Made by a program: the position numbers and the translations under genes. Positions 9,539-20,951 of a DNA stretch of 64,000 bases are shown here, in pieces. The stretch comes from an uncultured Pseudomonadota bacterium (GTDB taxonomy: Bacteria; Vulcanimicrobiota; Vulcanimicrobiia; Eremiobacterales; Eremiobacteraceae): positions 736,001 to 800,000 of the forward strand of contig CAVTNB010000001.1 in NCBI GenBank assembly GCA_963736005.1, read 5' to 3'. The notes beneath the pieces were generated by a model. It saw only the letters and a list, made by a program, of their open reading frames with translations, was not told where the DNA came from and ran no database searches. Position 1 is the first letter of the stretch. Each line of letters begins with the position of its first letter.

Positions 9539-11126
9539 ATGCGACGCCGCAAGACGGAAAGCGGGATCGAGATTAAGCCCGTCTACCAGGCTGATGACGT
9601 CTGCGACCTGGACCTGGCGCATCAGTCAAAACCAGGCGAGTTCCCATATACCCGCGGCATACAAGAGTCGATGTACCGCGGGCGGCTTTGGACCATGCGC
9701 CAGTATGCCGGCTATGCCACGGCGCGCGAGTCCAACGCACGCTATCGCTACTTGCTCTCGCAGGGCCAGACGGGATTGTCCGTCGCGTTCGACCTGCCGA
9801 CGCAAATGGGTCTTGACTCAGACGCTCCGCTGGCGGCTGGTGAAGTCGGCCGTACCGGCGTCGCCATCGATACCGTCGAGGACATGGCGGCACTCTTCGA
9901 TGGCATACCAATGGCCGACGTCAGTGTCTCCATGACGATTAACGCGCCAGCCGCCATTCTTCTTGCCATGTATCTTGCGGTTGCGCGTCGCCGCGGCATC
10001 CCTTTCCCTAAGCTCTCGGGGACTTCGCAAAACGACATTCTTAAGGAATACGCCGCTCGGGGAACCTACATCTTTCCACCCCAGCCGTCGATGCGCTTGG
10101 TCACCGACCTCATGCGCTACTGCGCAGAGCACATTCCAGGATGGAACACCATTAGCGTGAGCGGTTACCACATTCGAGAGGCTGGCGCAACCGCGGCCCA
10201 AGAGGTCGCCTTCACGTTGGCCAATGCTCGCGCCTACCTCCGTGCGGCAATCGATGCGGGCCTAGGCGTCGATACCGTTGCGCCGCGCATGTCGTTTTTC
10301 TGGAACGCTCACAACAACTTCTTTGAAGAAATCGCGAAGTTTCGAGCAGCGCGTCTGTTGTGGGCGACCATCACTCGCGACGAATTTGGAGCGCACTCAC
10401 CGAAATCGTGGCTAATGCGCTTTCACACACAGACGGGCGGATCCACGCTGACCGCGCAGGAGCCGGACAACAATGTCGTGCGCGTGGCGCTCCAGGCATT
10501 AGCCGCCGTGCTCGGTGGCACGCAGTCGTTGCACACCAACGCTTCGGATGAAGCGCTGGCACTTCCGACGCAAGTCGCAGCAAAACTCGCGCTGCGCACG
10601 CAGCAGATCATTGCCTTTGAAAGTGGCGTACCGGACACGGCGGATCCCCTCGGCGGTTCGTACTTCGTCGAACGTCTCACGGCAGAGGTCGCCGAGGCCG
10701 CTCGCAAGATCATGAACGACATTGCCGAGCGCGGCGGAGCGATTGCCGTCATCGAAGGCGGGTGGATGCAGCAACAAATCGGCGAGAGCGCCTATCGTGC
10801 CCAGCGAGCAATCGAGTCAGGCGAATCGATCATCGTTGGCGTCAACAAGTTCGTCGATCCCGGCGAAACGTCAGCGGATCCCAGCGTTCAGAAAATCGAT
10901 GCGGCGCTCGAGCGGGAGCAATGCAAACGCTTGGCCCAGGTGCGCGCGCAGCGCGACGCAGCGCGCGTTGCGGGCTGCTTGGCGTCTGTCGTTAAAGCTG
11001 CCCGATCGGGCGCCCCGCTCATGCCCGAATTTATTGAAGCAGTCGACGCCCGATGCACGCTCGGGGAGATTTGCGATGCGCTGCGGGGCGTTTTCTCCGT
11101 CTTACCGCCCGGCTCGCGCGGTCTGA
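9539..11126 (+). CDS. mutA: Methylmalonyl-CoA mutase, N-terminal (substrate-binding) subunit; reads through into mce as sequenced
   Basis: [61 protein letters not shown]; no B12-binding domain. Confidence 0.9.
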
Positions 11127-11536
11127 TGACTTTTGGCCAGCTGGACCACGTGGCGATCGTGGTCGCGGATCTCGAGGAAAGCGAACGGGCGTATGCGGGG
11201 CTCGGCTTTTCGGTGTTGTACCGCGAGCGGCTTGCGGAGCAAGGTGTGAACATCGTGGGCATGCGCGCCGGTGAGAGCTCGATCGAGCTTCTCAAGCCGT
11301 TGCGCGACGATTCCCCACTCAATCGCTACTTGGGCGAGCAACGGTCAAAGCTGCATCATCTTGCCTATCGAGTCGAAGACCTGGTGGCGGAGCTTGCCCG
11401 ATTGAAGTCGCTCGGCGTGCCCCTCATTGACGAGCGCCCCCGCCAAGGCGCACACGGCAATAAGATCGCCTTCATTCACCCCTCGTACTCCGGCGGCACG
11501 CTGATAGAATTGTGTCAGGCCAAGCGCGCCGTGTGA
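11126..11536 (+). CDS. mce: Methylmalonyl-CoA epimerase (VOC family)
   Basis: [39 protein letters not shown]. Confidence 0.9.
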   Translation: MTFGQLDHVAIVVADLEESERAYAGLGFSVLYRERLAEQGVNIVGMRAGESSIELLKPLRDDSPLNRYLGEQRSKLHHLAYRVEDLVAELARLKSLGVPLIDERPRQGAHGNKIAFIHPSYSGGTLIELCQAKRAV

Positions 11537-11587
11537 TCTGAGTCACGCCGCCTCTGGTCACCTCGAAGAACCGATACTCTAAGGAAT

Positions 11588-14062
11588 ATGGCCATCATAG
11601 CTGACGCGATTCTGACATTCGATGAGCGCGGCACTATTCAGTCGTTCAATGCAGCAGCCGAGCGCATGTTCGGACACAGTGGGTCAGACATCGTAGATGG
11701 CAATCTGAGCAATATCATCGCAGAGTCACCGCGGCCCGGAGTCTTCGATACGACCGGACGGCACAAAGACGGATCGACGTTCCCGGTGCGCTTCACCATC
11801 CATGAGATTGCGGCAGGCAGCGGCAGGCTGTTCGTTGGCGTTGCCAGAGAATCGGCACTACGGGCACGCGCCTACGAAGAGCTGCTCAACGAACACTCCT
11901 TGCTGCTCGCTACGCTCGAAGCAACGGCGGACGGGATCCTCGTCGTCGATCGCACCGGCAAGATCGTGCGGTTCAACGATCGGTTTCGACGCCTGTGGCG
12001 CATCCCGGAAGAAATCCTCGCCTCTCGAGACGACGATCGGGCGATCGCCTATGTCCTGTCGCAGCTCAAACATCCGGACGCCTTCATCGCGAAGGTGCAA
12101 GAGCTTTACGCACATCCGGACGCCGAAAGCTTTGATGTCATCGAGTTCAAGGACGGCCGAGTTTTTGAGCGACTTTCCGTTCCGCAGCGTGTCGACGATC
12201 AGCCGGTCGGCCGGGTGTGGTCGTTCCGCGATGTTACTGAGCTTGCCGTCGAAGAACGGCGCGCGAAGCGCCGCCTTGGCCGGCTCGACGCTTTGTGGCG
12301 CCTCGTTTCGAAGTCTGAGGCAAGGCGTGAAGACTTGGTGCGGCAAGTGCTTGAGGAAGGCTCGCGCGCGCTCGCCTTTGACATCGCGCTTATCGCCCAT
12401 CGCGAGGGGTCATCCGTCATTTTGGATTACGCGAGCTCACCGGGTGATCAACGCAGCAACAAGTTGCGCGCGGGGCACGAGCACGTTGCAGGCGTGATCT
12501 TGGACGCGAAAGCCAGCTTGATGACGGCGGACATAGAAAAGGATCCGGCGCTGGCAGAGCGTCTCGCCTTGCAAGCGCCTGGTGTGCGCGGACTCATCGG
12601 CACACCCGTGAAGGTCGGCAAAAAGACGTATGCAGTCATTTTTGCCTCACCCACGCCACTGACGACGGCATTTGACGATGAGGATCGCACCTACGTCGAA
12701 CTGCTCGGCGATTACATCGGGCGCATCTTGATGATGCGCGAACAGGATCGCCAGATCTCTTACCTCGCATATCATGATGCGCTGACGGGCATCGCCAATC
12801 GAATGCAATTTGTGCTCCGGCTGGGTGAAACAATCTCGGCTGCGAAGCGACGAAACCGCCGTTTCGGCCTCGTCTACATCGACCTTGACCGATTCAAGGA
12901 AGTCAACGATACGCTCGGGCATGCCGGCGGGGATGCGATCCTCGTCGAAGCTGCTCGCCGCATCAGCCGGGCTGTGCGCGAGGAGGATCTCGTGGCGCGG
13001 CTTGGCGGTGACGAATTTGCGGTGCTGATCACCGAGATCGAAGGACCCGATGACGCCCGCGAACTCGCGCAGCGCATCTGCACGGTCTTGTCCACGCCGT
13101 TTCGCACCGGTCACCATGATTTCTATCTGTCCGCCTCGGCGGGCATTGCGCTCTTTCCTGAAGATGGAGACTCCGCGGAGACGCTCTTCACCAATGCGGA
13201 TGCGGCAATGTATCGGGCTAAAGAGGAAGGACGCGATAAGTTCACGTTTTACAGCAATGAGATCGCGCAAAGTCTGCAGCACCGCCAGCAAATTCGTGAG
13301 GGTCTGCGCCAAGCGTTGGCACAGTCCGAATTGGTTCTCTACTACCAGCCTGTGTTGAATATCCGTTCGAACGAGGTCATTGGATGCGAGGCGCTCATGC
13401 GCTGGCAGCACCCGCAGCGCGGTTTGCTGTTGCCCGGCGAGTTCATCCCGCTGGTCGAGGAAACCAACCTCATGGTGCGCATGGGAACATGGGGGCTGAC
13501 GATGGCCTTTCGCCAATCGCGGCGCTGGGCAGATCTGGGCATTGTGTTGCGGTTGGCGGTTAATTTATCTGCGCGGCAGTTCCAAGACCCGCAGTTTGTG
13601 ACGATGCTGCGCAGCGCGCTCGCCGAGAGCGGCGCCAACGCTACCAGCATCGAACTAGAAATCACTGAGAGCGTTGCGCTCCGAGATCCGAGCGTCGCCC
13701 AAACGACGATCGATGAATGCCGGCGCCTAGGCTTCCGCGTCGTTCTTGACGATTTCGGCACGTATTATTCATCCCTATCGTATCTCAAGAAACTTGGTGC
13801 CGACACCATCAAGATCGATAAGTCATTTGTCGATGGGCTGCCGGGCGATGATGGCGATGCAGCGATCGTGCGTGCTATCATCGCACTTGGCCGCAGTCTC
13901 GGGCGCGAAATCATCGCTGAAGGCGTCGAAACACTCGAGCAAGCGCGCTGGCTCGTGCGCGAGGGCTGCACAACCGCGCAGGGCTTCCTCTTTGCCCGGC
14001 CGATGACCGCCGAAGCATTTGAACGCTGGCTTGCGACACGCGATACCGTCATCGCCGTGTGA
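11588..14062 (+). CDS. PAS-PAS-GAF-GGDEF-EAL diguanylate cyclase/phosphodiesterase
   Basis: Intact GGDEF with RxxD I-site (REED), EALMRW, DDFGT, KIDKSF. Confidence 0.92.
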   Translation: MAIIADAILTFDERGTIQSFNAAAERMFGHSGSDIVDGNLSNIIAESPRPGVFDTTGRHKDGSTFPVRFTIHEIAAGSGRLFVGVARESALRARAYEELLNEHSLLLATLEATADGILVVDRTGKIVRFNDRFRRLWRIPEEILASRDDDRAIAYVLSQLKHPDAFIAKVQELYAHPDAESFDVIEFKDGRVFERLSVPQRVDDQPVGRVWSFRDVTELAVEERRAKRRLGRLDALWRLVSKSEARREDLVRQVLEEGSRALAFDIALIAHREGSSVILDYASSPGDQRSNKLRAGHEHVAGVILDAKASLMTADIEKDPALAERLALQAPGVRGLIGTPVKVGKKTYAVIFASPTPLTTAFDDEDRTYVELLGDYIGRILMMREQDRQISYLAYHDALTGIANRMQFVLRLGETISAAKRRNRRFGLVYIDLDRFKEVNDTLGHAGGDAILVEAARRISRAVREEDLVARLGGDEFAVLITEIEGPDDARELAQRICTVLSTPFRTGHHDFYLSASAGIALFPEDGDSAETLFTNADAAMYRAKEEGRDKFTFYSNEIAQSLQHRQQIREGLRQALAQSELVLYYQPVLNIRSNEVIGCEALMRWQHPQRGLLLPGEFIPLVEETNLMVRMGTWGLTMAFRQSRRWADLGIVLRLAVNLSARQFQDPQFVTMLRSALAESGANATSIELEITESVALRDPSVAQTTIDECRRLGFRVVLDDFGTYYSSLSYLKKLGADTIKIDKSFVDGLPGDDGDAAIVRAIIALGRSLGREIIAEGVETLEQARWLVREGCTTAQGFLFARPMTAEAFERWLATRDTVIAV

Positions 14063-14240
14063 ACTCGCTCAAGACAGCGAACAGCATGATGAACGAACTC
14101 TTAACAACGGCTTTCGAAACCCAAGAGTCATCTCTTAAGAACCTAAAGAATCGTTAACTTTTCGCAACTTTCTCGAACTTGTGTTGTATCCACAGCGATG
14201 AGACCCGGACAACACATCCCGGGGAAAGGAGCTCTTCGCC

Positions 14241-14681
14241 ATGCATCCCCTTTGGAAGTTTTTTGAATCGTTGGCGCTGGTCGCGCTTGCCGTTGCCACG
14301 CTTTCGGGCTCGGCCGCATCCGCGGCAGCAGCTACGAATGTGGCGGCCGCACAAGTCGCTTGTGGAACCGTCGATCTCGCATCTGCGAGCTCGAGAGATA
14401 CTGCAACCGCATTTGATTGCTTCACAAAAGCGTTCGCCCATTGCGATTTCGCCTCGCTCGCCACGACGCAAACGGATGGGACGGCATCCGTCAGCTCGAC
14501 GTTTGTCACCTTTGCTGGGGACAACGGCTGCAGCATTTCGGAAACAGTTTCGCGATCGAGCGGCAGCGATGGCAGCGTTGATTCGTACGTGTGCAACAAC
14601 GTGAGCGAAGCCGACGGCGCGTTGCACTTCACGGGCTGCGGCGCTCAGAGAGAGGTCTGGTTGAAGCCAGCAAAGATGTAA
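14241..14681 (+). CDS. Hypothetical secreted Cys-containing protein
   Basis: Signal-peptide-like N-terminus, 6 Cys, AAGGAG RBS. Confidence 0.6.
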   Translation: MHPLWKFFESLALVALAVATLSGSAASAAAATNVAAAQVACGTVDLASASSRDTATAFDCFTKAFAHCDFASLATTQTDGTASVSSTFVTFAGDNGCSISETVSRSSGSDGSVDSYVCNNVSEADGALHFTGCGAQREVWLKPAKM

Positions 14682-14721
14682 AAGCAAGAGACACCGCGTG
14701 CACCGAGAAGCAGCGCCGCAG

Positions 14722-15510
14722 ATGGCGCTGCATATCGGCACGTGTGGGTTCTCGTACCGCGATTGGATCGGACCATTTTACCCCCAAGGCATCAAGCCGC
14801 TCGACATGTTGCCCTTTTATGCCGAGCGCTTTGATGCCGTTGAAATCGACAGCACGTACTACGCTATTCCGAAACCCCAGCTCTTTGAGAGCATGGACCG
14901 GCGCACACCGAGTCACTTTCGCTTTGCAGTCAAAGCACCCGGAAGCATCACGCACGTCCCCCTTGAGGCGACACCACTGAATGATGACGCCGTCGCCTTC
15001 CGCGCCTGCTTAGAACCGATTCGCCAGAGTGGGAAGCTCGGCGCCGTGCTGGCGCAATTTCCCCATAGCTTCCGACCGAGTCCCGATGCCTACCGGCGCC
15101 TGCGCGATTTGGTCACATGGTGGCCCGATCTTAATCTTGTGACCGAATTTCGGCACCGCTTATGGCAGGACGATCGCACGCTCGATGCATTGCGCGAGCT
15201 GGGGATTGGCTTTTGCAATGTTGACGAACCCCGTTTCGCCTCGCTGTTGCGACCCGGCTCTGAAATAACCTCGAGTGTGGGCTACATTCGCTTTCACGGT
15301 CGCAACTACAGCAGGTGGTGGAAGCAAGAGCGCGCCTCGCACGAGCGCTACGACTATTTGTACACGAGCGAGGAGTTGACCGAGTGGATCCCACGCATCG
15401 CAGCGGTCGACGAGCAAGCCAAGCACGCGTATGTGTTCTTCAACAACCATCACCTTGGCAAAGCGGCGGCCAATGCCAAACAATTGGCGCAGATGCTTGA
15501 CAGGTTTTAA
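14722..15510 (+). CDS. DUF72 (YecE-like) protein
   Basis: IGTCGFSY.DW.G.FYP, VEIDSTYY, EFRH..W, YIRFHGRN, RYDYLY, FFNNH. Confidence 0.9.
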   Translation: MALHIGTCGFSYRDWIGPFYPQGIKPLDMLPFYAERFDAVEIDSTYYAIPKPQLFESMDRRTPSHFRFAVKAPGSITHVPLEATPLNDDAVAFRACLEPIRQSGKLGAVLAQFPHSFRPSPDAYRRLRDLVTWWPDLNLVTEFRHRLWQDDRTLDALRELGIGFCNVDEPRFASLLRPGSEITSSVGYIRFHGRNYSRWWKQERASHERYDYLYTSEELTEWIPRIAAVDEQAKHAYVFFNNHHLGKAAANAKQLAQMLDRF

Positions 15511-15525
15511 ACAATCGTTTAAAAT
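15497..15525 (+). promoter_or_regulatory. sigma70 promoter TTGACA-N17-TAAAAT with overlapping palindromic operator
   Basis: TTTTAAAC-aatc-GTTTAAAA at 15505-15524, directly upstream of the TetR gene. Confidence 0.75.
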
Positions 15526-15536
15526 TCACCCTTAGA

Positions 15537-16172
15537 ATGCGCTCACGTGGCTCGACCGCTCGTGATTCGACGCGCCGAGCACTGCTCGAGGCTGCGGCGA
15601 CAATCTTCGCGGAGAAAGGCTATCATGAGGCCACGGTCCGCCAGATCGCGAAGCTTGCGCGCGCGAATATCGCGGCCGTGAAATACCATTTCGGCGACAA
15701 GCTCGGGTTGTATTCCGAGGTCTTGAGGAAGACCGTTTTGAGCGCGGGCCACGAACTCGTGCCGACCATTGTCGATCAGGATGCGCCGCCAGAACGCATC
15801 CTCCAGCAGCTCATCCATACGCTCGTGGGGCGCATCGTCGGAGCGGATCGGCCCGACCTCCGCTTTCGTTTGATTGCGCACGAACTCGCGCGGCCCACCC
15901 CCGCACTCTCGCGCTTGGTTAAAGAAATTATCCAGCCGAACTACGACCGGTTGCGAAACCTGGTCGGGAAAATGCTGGATTTGGCGGCCGACGATGAACA
16001 AACATGTTTTTGTGTGCTCAGCATTGTCGGACAAGTCATCCTCTACGTTCGAGCTGGCTCCTTTTTTGGTTCGCTTCGACCTCAGTTGAAGCTCACGCCA
16101 AGACGGGTCGAGCGTCTTGCGAACCACATCGCAGCGTTTTCGCTTGCGTATCTCCAGTCGGTGACGGTATGA
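15537..16172 (+). CDS. TetR family regulator, CecR/YbiH-like
   Basis: TRRALLEAA..FAEKGY..TVRQIA..AVKYHFGDK HTH; heads a HlyD-ABC operon. Confidence 0.88.
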   Translation: MRSRGSTARDSTRRALLEAAATIFAEKGYHEATVRQIAKLARANIAAVKYHFGDKLGLYSEVLRKTVLSAGHELVPTIVDQDAPPERILQQLIHTLVGRIVGADRPDLRFRLIAHELARPTPALSRLVKEIIQPNYDRLRNLVGKMLDLAADDEQTCFCVLSIVGQVILYVRAGSFFGSLRPQLKLTPRRVERLANHIAAFSLAYLQSVTV

Positions 16173-17197
16173 AAACCAATTGGATTGTTTTCTTGTGCTG
16201 TGCACTCTTGTGCGCCTCGTGTGCCGCCCAAGACCGGTTTGCGTACAGCGGCACGCTGCAAGCCGAATCGGCAAATGTCGGCAGCACCATTGGCGGCCGC
16301 GTCAGCCTTGTGGCTGTGAGCGACGGGCAGCTAGTCAAGCGCGGTCAAGTGCTCGTTTTTCTTGACGACAAAGAGCTGCGCGCCGATCTTGATGCGACAA
16401 TGCACCAAGAGGCGCAGGCGGCTGCCGCAGTGGGGCAGGCGCAAGCAGAGCTCACCAAGACCTCTTCCTCGCAGCCTCATCAACTTCGCGTCGCCCATGA
16501 AAACGTTCGTCAAGCGAGGGCGGCCCTTGCTGCGGCGCAGGCTCAGGCGACACAACAATCGCTGACGTACCATCGATCCCAAACACTCTTTTCGCAGGGG
16601 GCGATCGCTGCGCAAACGCTCGATGATGCTCGAGCCACCTATCAAAGCAGCCAGGCTGGGGTTGCCTCGGCGAGAGCTGGTCTGGCTTCAGCGCGCGCAC
16701 AGCTGGCACAGCTCGAAGCGTCTTCGCAGCCTCAGGATCTCGCTGTTGCGCAACAAAGCTATCAAGCCGCGGTGGCCAGCCGTGAGGCAGCCAGTGCGAA
16801 TGTCGCCGCCGCGCAAAGCCGCCTGCGCGAAATGGTCGTGCGCGCGCCCGCAGACGGAGTCATCGATGCGCTCGACTTACGACCTGGCGACATGGTTGGT
16901 CCTCGCGCGCAAATCGCCTCGGTGCGCGAGTTCCTCAATCCGTACGTTCGCATCTACGTTGCGCAACAAGATCTTGGTCGGGTGCGGGTCGGTGCGTCGG
17001 TAAGCATCCGCTCGGATGCGCTCGGCGGCCGGATCTTCAACGGTGTGGTCGAGCAAATCGATCAAGACGCGCAATTCACCCCGCAAAACACCCAAACCGC
17101 CGAAGACCGCGCAAATCTGTCATACGGCGTCAAGGTGCGCGTTCACGATCCACATCATGAGCTGCACGGCGGAACGACTGTCGAGGTTGCCTTATAA
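16169..17197 (+). CDS. HlyD family membrane-fusion protein (YbhG-like), probable lipoprotein
   Basis: GGRV..V.V.DG..VKRGQVL, coiled coil, AP.DGVI, AQFTPQN; LCASC lipobox-like. Confidence 0.88.
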   Translation: MKTNWIVFLCCALLCASCAAQDRFAYSGTLQAESANVGSTIGGRVSLVAVSDGQLVKRGQVLVFLDDKELRADLDATMHQEAQAAAAVGQAQAELTKTSSSQPHQLRVAHENVRQARAALAAAQAQATQQSLTYHRSQTLFSQGAIAAQTLDDARATYQSSQAGVASARAGLASARAQLAQLEASSQPQDLAVAQQSYQAAVASREAASANVAAAQSRLREMVVRAPADGVIDALDLRPGDMVGPRAQIASVREFLNPYVRIYVAQQDLGRVRVGASVSIRSDALGGRIFNGVVEQIDQDAQFTPQNTQTAEDRANLSYGVKVRVHDPHHELHGGTTVEVAL

Positions 17198-18139
17198 ATG
17201 AGCGCCGTTATCAGCGCCCATACATTAACGAAGCGCTACGGCGATCACGAGGTCGTTCGCAATCTCTCGTTCGCGGTGCCCCAAGGATCGATCTTTGGAT
17301 TTCTTGGGCCGAACGGCAGCGGCAAGTCGACGACCATCAAGATGCTGTGCGGGCTGGTCGAACCAAGTGGAGGGTCAGCCTCAGTTAATGGCTTTGACGT
17401 CGTGAAGCAGGGAGACGACGTGCGCCGGTCGATCGGCTATATGTCGCAATCGTTTTCGCTCTACACCGATCTCACCGTGGCCGAGAATCTTCAATTCTAC
17501 GGGCGCGCCTATGGACTCAACCGCGCTCGTCGCAATCAGCGCGCGCAAGACGTTGTGACCCTTACCGGATTGCAGCGGTATTCGCACCAGTTGGCAGCCA
17601 CGCTTTCGGGCGGTTGGCAGCAGCGACTGGCACTGGCCTGCGCGCTTTTGCATGAACCAAGCGTCGTTTTCTTGGACGAGCCGACCGCAGGCATCGACCC
17701 CGTCGCGCGACGAGATCTTTGGGACTTGCTCTTCAACCTCGCCGGCCAGGGTGTGACGCTCTTCGTCACGACCCATTACATGGATGAAGCCGAGCGTTGT
17801 TCGGCACTTGGCTACCTCTACGAAGGCAACCTTATCGCGCTCGGCACCATCGACGAGCTGCGTAATCTCCCAGGCGTGACGCCCGTTGGAACCATTCGGT
17901 ATCGCGTGACGGTCGAACGAGTCATGCCCGCGTTTGTACAAGCTCAACACCTCCCCTACGTCCGCGATGTCACCATTTTCGGACGCGACCTGCACTGTGT
18001 GGTCGATCAGGACGTGCCCGCGGAGCGATTGCGAGACGATCTCGCTGCGGCGGCCGGGCGCATCGAGAGTCTTGACAAAATCGAGCCTTCAATTGAAGAC
18101 GTCTTTGTGGCGCTGACTCGCGCCCGCGCTGCAGCATGA
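17198..18139 (+). CDS. ABC transporter ATP-binding protein (YbhF-like)
   Basis: GPNGSGKST, LSGG, FLDEPT, TTHYMDEA. Confidence 0.92.
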   Translation: MSAVISAHTLTKRYGDHEVVRNLSFAVPQGSIFGFLGPNGSGKSTTIKMLCGLVEPSGGSASVNGFDVVKQGDDVRRSIGYMSQSFSLYTDLTVAENLQFYGRAYGLNRARRNQRAQDVVTLTGLQRYSHQLAATLSGGWQQRLALACALLHEPSVVFLDEPTAGIDPVARRDLWDLLFNLAGQGVTLFVTTHYMDEAERCSALGYLYEGNLIALGTIDELRNLPGVTPVGTIRYRVTVERVMPAFVQAQHLPYVRDVTIFGRDLHCVVDQDVPAERLRDDLAAAAGRIESLDKIEPSIEDVFVALTRARAAA

Positions 18140-19260
18140 GATCTTCGCTTAACTTCACTGGCTTCACGGCCGTTCTGTATAAAGAACTCGTGCACATCAC
18201 GCGCGACCGGCTCACGCTCATCCTTGCGTTGATGTTGCCTATCGTCCAGCTCTTCATTTTCGGCTACGCTGTCAACATGCGCGTCGAGCATATCGGAACT
18301 GCTTTTTTCAATGAAGACCGCGGCGCACTGTCGGTTCGAGTCCTCGATGCGTTGCGCGCCTCCAATCAATTCGATCTCGTCCACGAAGCCCGATCGCGCG
18401 ACGAATTGCGCCGGCTCATTGTCGGCAACCGCGTCAAAGCTGCTTTCGACATACCCCCGAATTTTACGGCTGACGTTGCGAGCGGGCGGGGGGCTTCGCT
18501 TCAAGTGCTCATCGATGGCTCCGACAGCAATATCGCGCAGCAGGCCTATGCCGCTGCGACGGCTATCGGCGGCGTCCTCTCAAGCGAATACGGCCCGCAG
18601 GTCACAATCGCGCCGGCGATCATCGACGTGCGTCCACGCATGCTCTTCAATCCGAGCCTACGGAGCGCGAATTTCTTTGTGCCTGGTCTCATCGGCGTCA
18701 TCATGCAGTTGATCACTGTGTTCCTTATGGCGCTATCCATTGTGGGCGAGCGAGAACGAGGAACGCTCGATCAGTTGCTCGTGACGCCCATCGGGGCCAC
18801 CGGCCTCATGCTTGGAAAAATCGTGCCCTACGCGCTGATTGGTATGATCGATTTCTTCGGAGTCCTCGCAGCAATGGTTTGGGTCTTCCACGTGCCGATT
18901 GCCGGTAGCTTAGGGTTGCTCTTGACGCTCGCCGCGGGATTCCTCGTGGCCGCGCTCGGCCTCGGCTTGCTCATCTCTGCGATCGCGAGAACGCAAGTGC
19001 AAGCACTCCTCATGACGTTTGCTGCCACCTTACCGTCCATCTTGCTCTCAGGATTTGTCTTCGAGCGAGATCTCATGCCCACGATCCTGCAGTGGCTCGG
19101 CTACGCAATTCCATTGACGTACTTCTTGGAGATCTTACGCGGCATCGTGTTGCGCGGCGCTGGCATTGAAGACCTGTGGCCTTCAGTCGTCGCGATGCTC
19201 GCGCTTGGGCTCTTCCTCGTCACTTTTGCCAGCGTGCGGTTTTCCCGCCGAGTCGCTTAA
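18136..19260 (+). CDS. ABC-2 type permease (YbhS/R-like)
   Basis: RDRLTL, FFVPG, ERERGTLDQL, GK..PY, LSGF, multiple TM segments. Confidence 0.9.
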   Translation: MRSSLNFTGFTAVLYKELVHITRDRLTLILALMLPIVQLFIFGYAVNMRVEHIGTAFFNEDRGALSVRVLDALRASNQFDLVHEARSRDELRRLIVGNRVKAAFDIPPNFTADVASGRGASLQVLIDGSDSNIAQQAYAAATAIGGVLSSEYGPQVTIAPAIIDVRPRMLFNPSLRSANFFVPGLIGVIMQLITVFLMALSIVGERERGTLDQLLVTPIGATGLMLGKIVPYALIGMIDFFGVLAAMVWVFHVPIAGSLGLLLTLAAGFLVAALGLGLLISAIARTQVQALLMTFAATLPSILLSGFVFERDLMPTILQWLGYAIPLTYFLEILRGIVLRGAGIEDLWPSVVAMLALGLFLVTFASVRFSRRVA

Positions 19261-20153
19261 GCTTCGCGCAGAATTGAGCGCAGATTGCCGCCGGCACGCG
19301 AGAGCTTTGTCTTGGCTTCAGTCGCATCACAGTTGCAGAGCAACATGACAACCGCGGTTTTCACCTGATAACCCGCACGCTCGAGCGCTTGTTTGCACGC
19401 GCGCGCATCCTTCCCGCTAATTCGTTCGGTCAGCCGCTCGGCACGTCCGCGCAGTTTCGCGTTGGAGGCAATGAGGTCAACCATCAAGTTGCCATAAACT
19501 TTTCCGAGTTTCACCATGACGGCGGTGCTGATCATGGTGAGGGCCATCTTCTGCGCGGTGCCGGCTTTCATGCGGGTCGAGCCGGCGATGACTTCGGGGC
19601 CGGTGCGCAACACGATCGGGATCTGTACCGATCGGACAATGGGACTCTCGGGGTTGCTCGTGATGCAGGCGGTGAGCGCACCAGCCTGGCTTCCCGTATC
19701 CAGGGCGCCGAGCACGTAGGGCGCACCGCCCCCCGCGGAGATGCCGATCAAGGCATCCGCTCTTCCGATGCCGGCCTCACGAACCTCAGTGCCGCCAGCG
19801 CCAGCGTCATCTTCTGCTCCTTCAACCGAAGCCATGAACGCCTCGGGACCGCCGGCGATGTGCGCGACTACCAGATCGCCAGCGCTAAAGGTTGGCTGCA
19901 ATTCCGCCGCATCAAGCACGGCAATGCGGCCGCTGGAGCCGGCACCGAAGTAATGGAGCTTGCCACCTGTTCGAAGACGCTCGGTGATGGCGTCCACAGC
20001 GGCGGCAATCACGTCGATTTCGCGTTCCACCGCCCACGCCGCGCGACGGTCCTCATCGTTGATGCGATGCAGCAAGTCAGGCGTTGTCAGCAGATCGAAA
20101 TCTTCCGTCGAGGGGTTGACTTGCTCGGTCAGCGGGAGTGGAAGTTTATCCAC
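19257..20153 (-). CDS. murQ: N-acetylmuramic acid 6-phosphate etherase
   Basis: TEQVNP, GAGSSGR..VLDAAE, EGAED, TGPEVIAGSTRMKAGTAQK, GKVYGNLM; GTG start inferred. Confidence 0.92.
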   Translation of the reverse strand: MDKLPLPLTEQVNPSTEDFDLLTTPDLLHRINDEDRRAAWAVEREIDVIAAAVDAITERLRTGGKLHYFGAGSSGRIAVLDAAELQPTFSAGDLVVAHIAGGPEAFMASVEGAEDDAGAGGTEVREAGIGRADALIGISAGGGAPYVLGALDTGSQAGALTACITSNPESPIVRSVQIPIVLRTGPEVIAGSTRMKAGTAQKMALTMISTAVMVKLGKVYGNLMVDLIASNAKLRGRAERLTERISGKDARACKQALERAGYQVKTAVVMLLCNCDATEAKTKLSRAGGNLRSILREA

Positions 20154-20173
20154 ATCGAGCGGTTTACACGAGT

Positions 20174-20246
20174 GCGGCAGCGGACCTTTAGGTTCGCTTT
20201 GTTGTAGGGGGCACAAAAATGTAGGGGGCGATTGGAAAATCGCCCC
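20174..20246 (+). repeat. Composite REP cluster: family C, truncated family B, full family B
   Basis: gcggcagcggacctttaggttcgct; gtagggggc; gtagggggcgattggaaaatcgcccc. Confidence 0.8.
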
Positions 20247-20252
20247 TCGCAT

Positions 20253-20897
20253 TTAGTGAAGCGGGGCTAGTTTGACTGTCGTTGCGCCCAGGGCTTGCGC
20301 TAGGTCGTAAAATGCCTGGTTGCTAATCAAATGATAGCTGAGATCAGCGGCTTTGCCGAAGCCGGGTTCTTTGTCGATGTCGTTCATGACTTGGACGTGA
20401 ATCTTGTGTGATACCGCCTTGTCGAGAAGTAACTCGATTTGGAAAGTACCGTCGGGCGCGACGCCGGCTTTCACGAGGGTCGTTGCCAGGTCTTTGCCTG
20501 AGAGCGTGGGTGCCGGAAGTTTCACTCCAGCTGCCGTTGCAATCTTAAGCGCGTCCTTGACTGCAAAGTCGAAGGTCTTGAGCCATTGCGTCACTTTGTC
20601 GCCGCCGTACTGTTTTGTGAGCTTGGCGACTTCAGAATTGACCAGCGTCCCGCCAACCATGTTGGTCAGGGCAGTTGCCGTGGAGTAGCTGTCCGCGCCA
20701 CCGCCAGCGGCGACGAGCGAAGCTGTTACCGCTAACGCGGGCGGGCCGTTGTATATCGGGCCACCGAAACGCCCCATCATGGTTCCGCCCGACATGGTAT
20801 CTTGGCCGTTGTCCATCGGCTGGTCAGCGTACGCCACCGAGCCTGCAATCAGGCAGGCGACGACCGCGAGCGCCGAGGCCGCGAGTCTGAATTTCAT
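20253..20897 (-). CDS. Hypothetical secreted protein
   Basis: Signal peptide (AYA-D), helical body with His residues, GAGG RBS. Confidence 0.75.
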   Translation of the reverse strand: MKFRLAASALAVVACLIAGSVAYADQPMDNGQDTMSGGTMMGRFGGPIYNGPPALAVTASLVAAGGGADSYSTATALTNMVGGTLVNSEVAKLTKQYGGDKVTQWLKTFDFAVKDALKIATAAGVKLPAPTLSGKDLATTLVKAGVAPDGTFQIELLLDKAVSHKIHVQVMNDIDKEPGFGKAADLSYHLISNQAFYDLAQALGATTVKLAPLH

Positions 20898-20951
20898 TGA
20901 ACCCTCCTCAAAGTAGTGGGCATGCGTAAATCCACCTGTGCATGCAACGAA

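Noticed and set aside
9539..11536. 665-aa mutase-epimerase fusion as a novel enzyme
   Set aside because: A single-base deletion restores two normally coupled genes, so it is likely an indel artefact.
14185..14193. DnaA-box-like GTATCCACA
   Set aside because: Single mismatched copy, with no box cluster or origin-associated genes.
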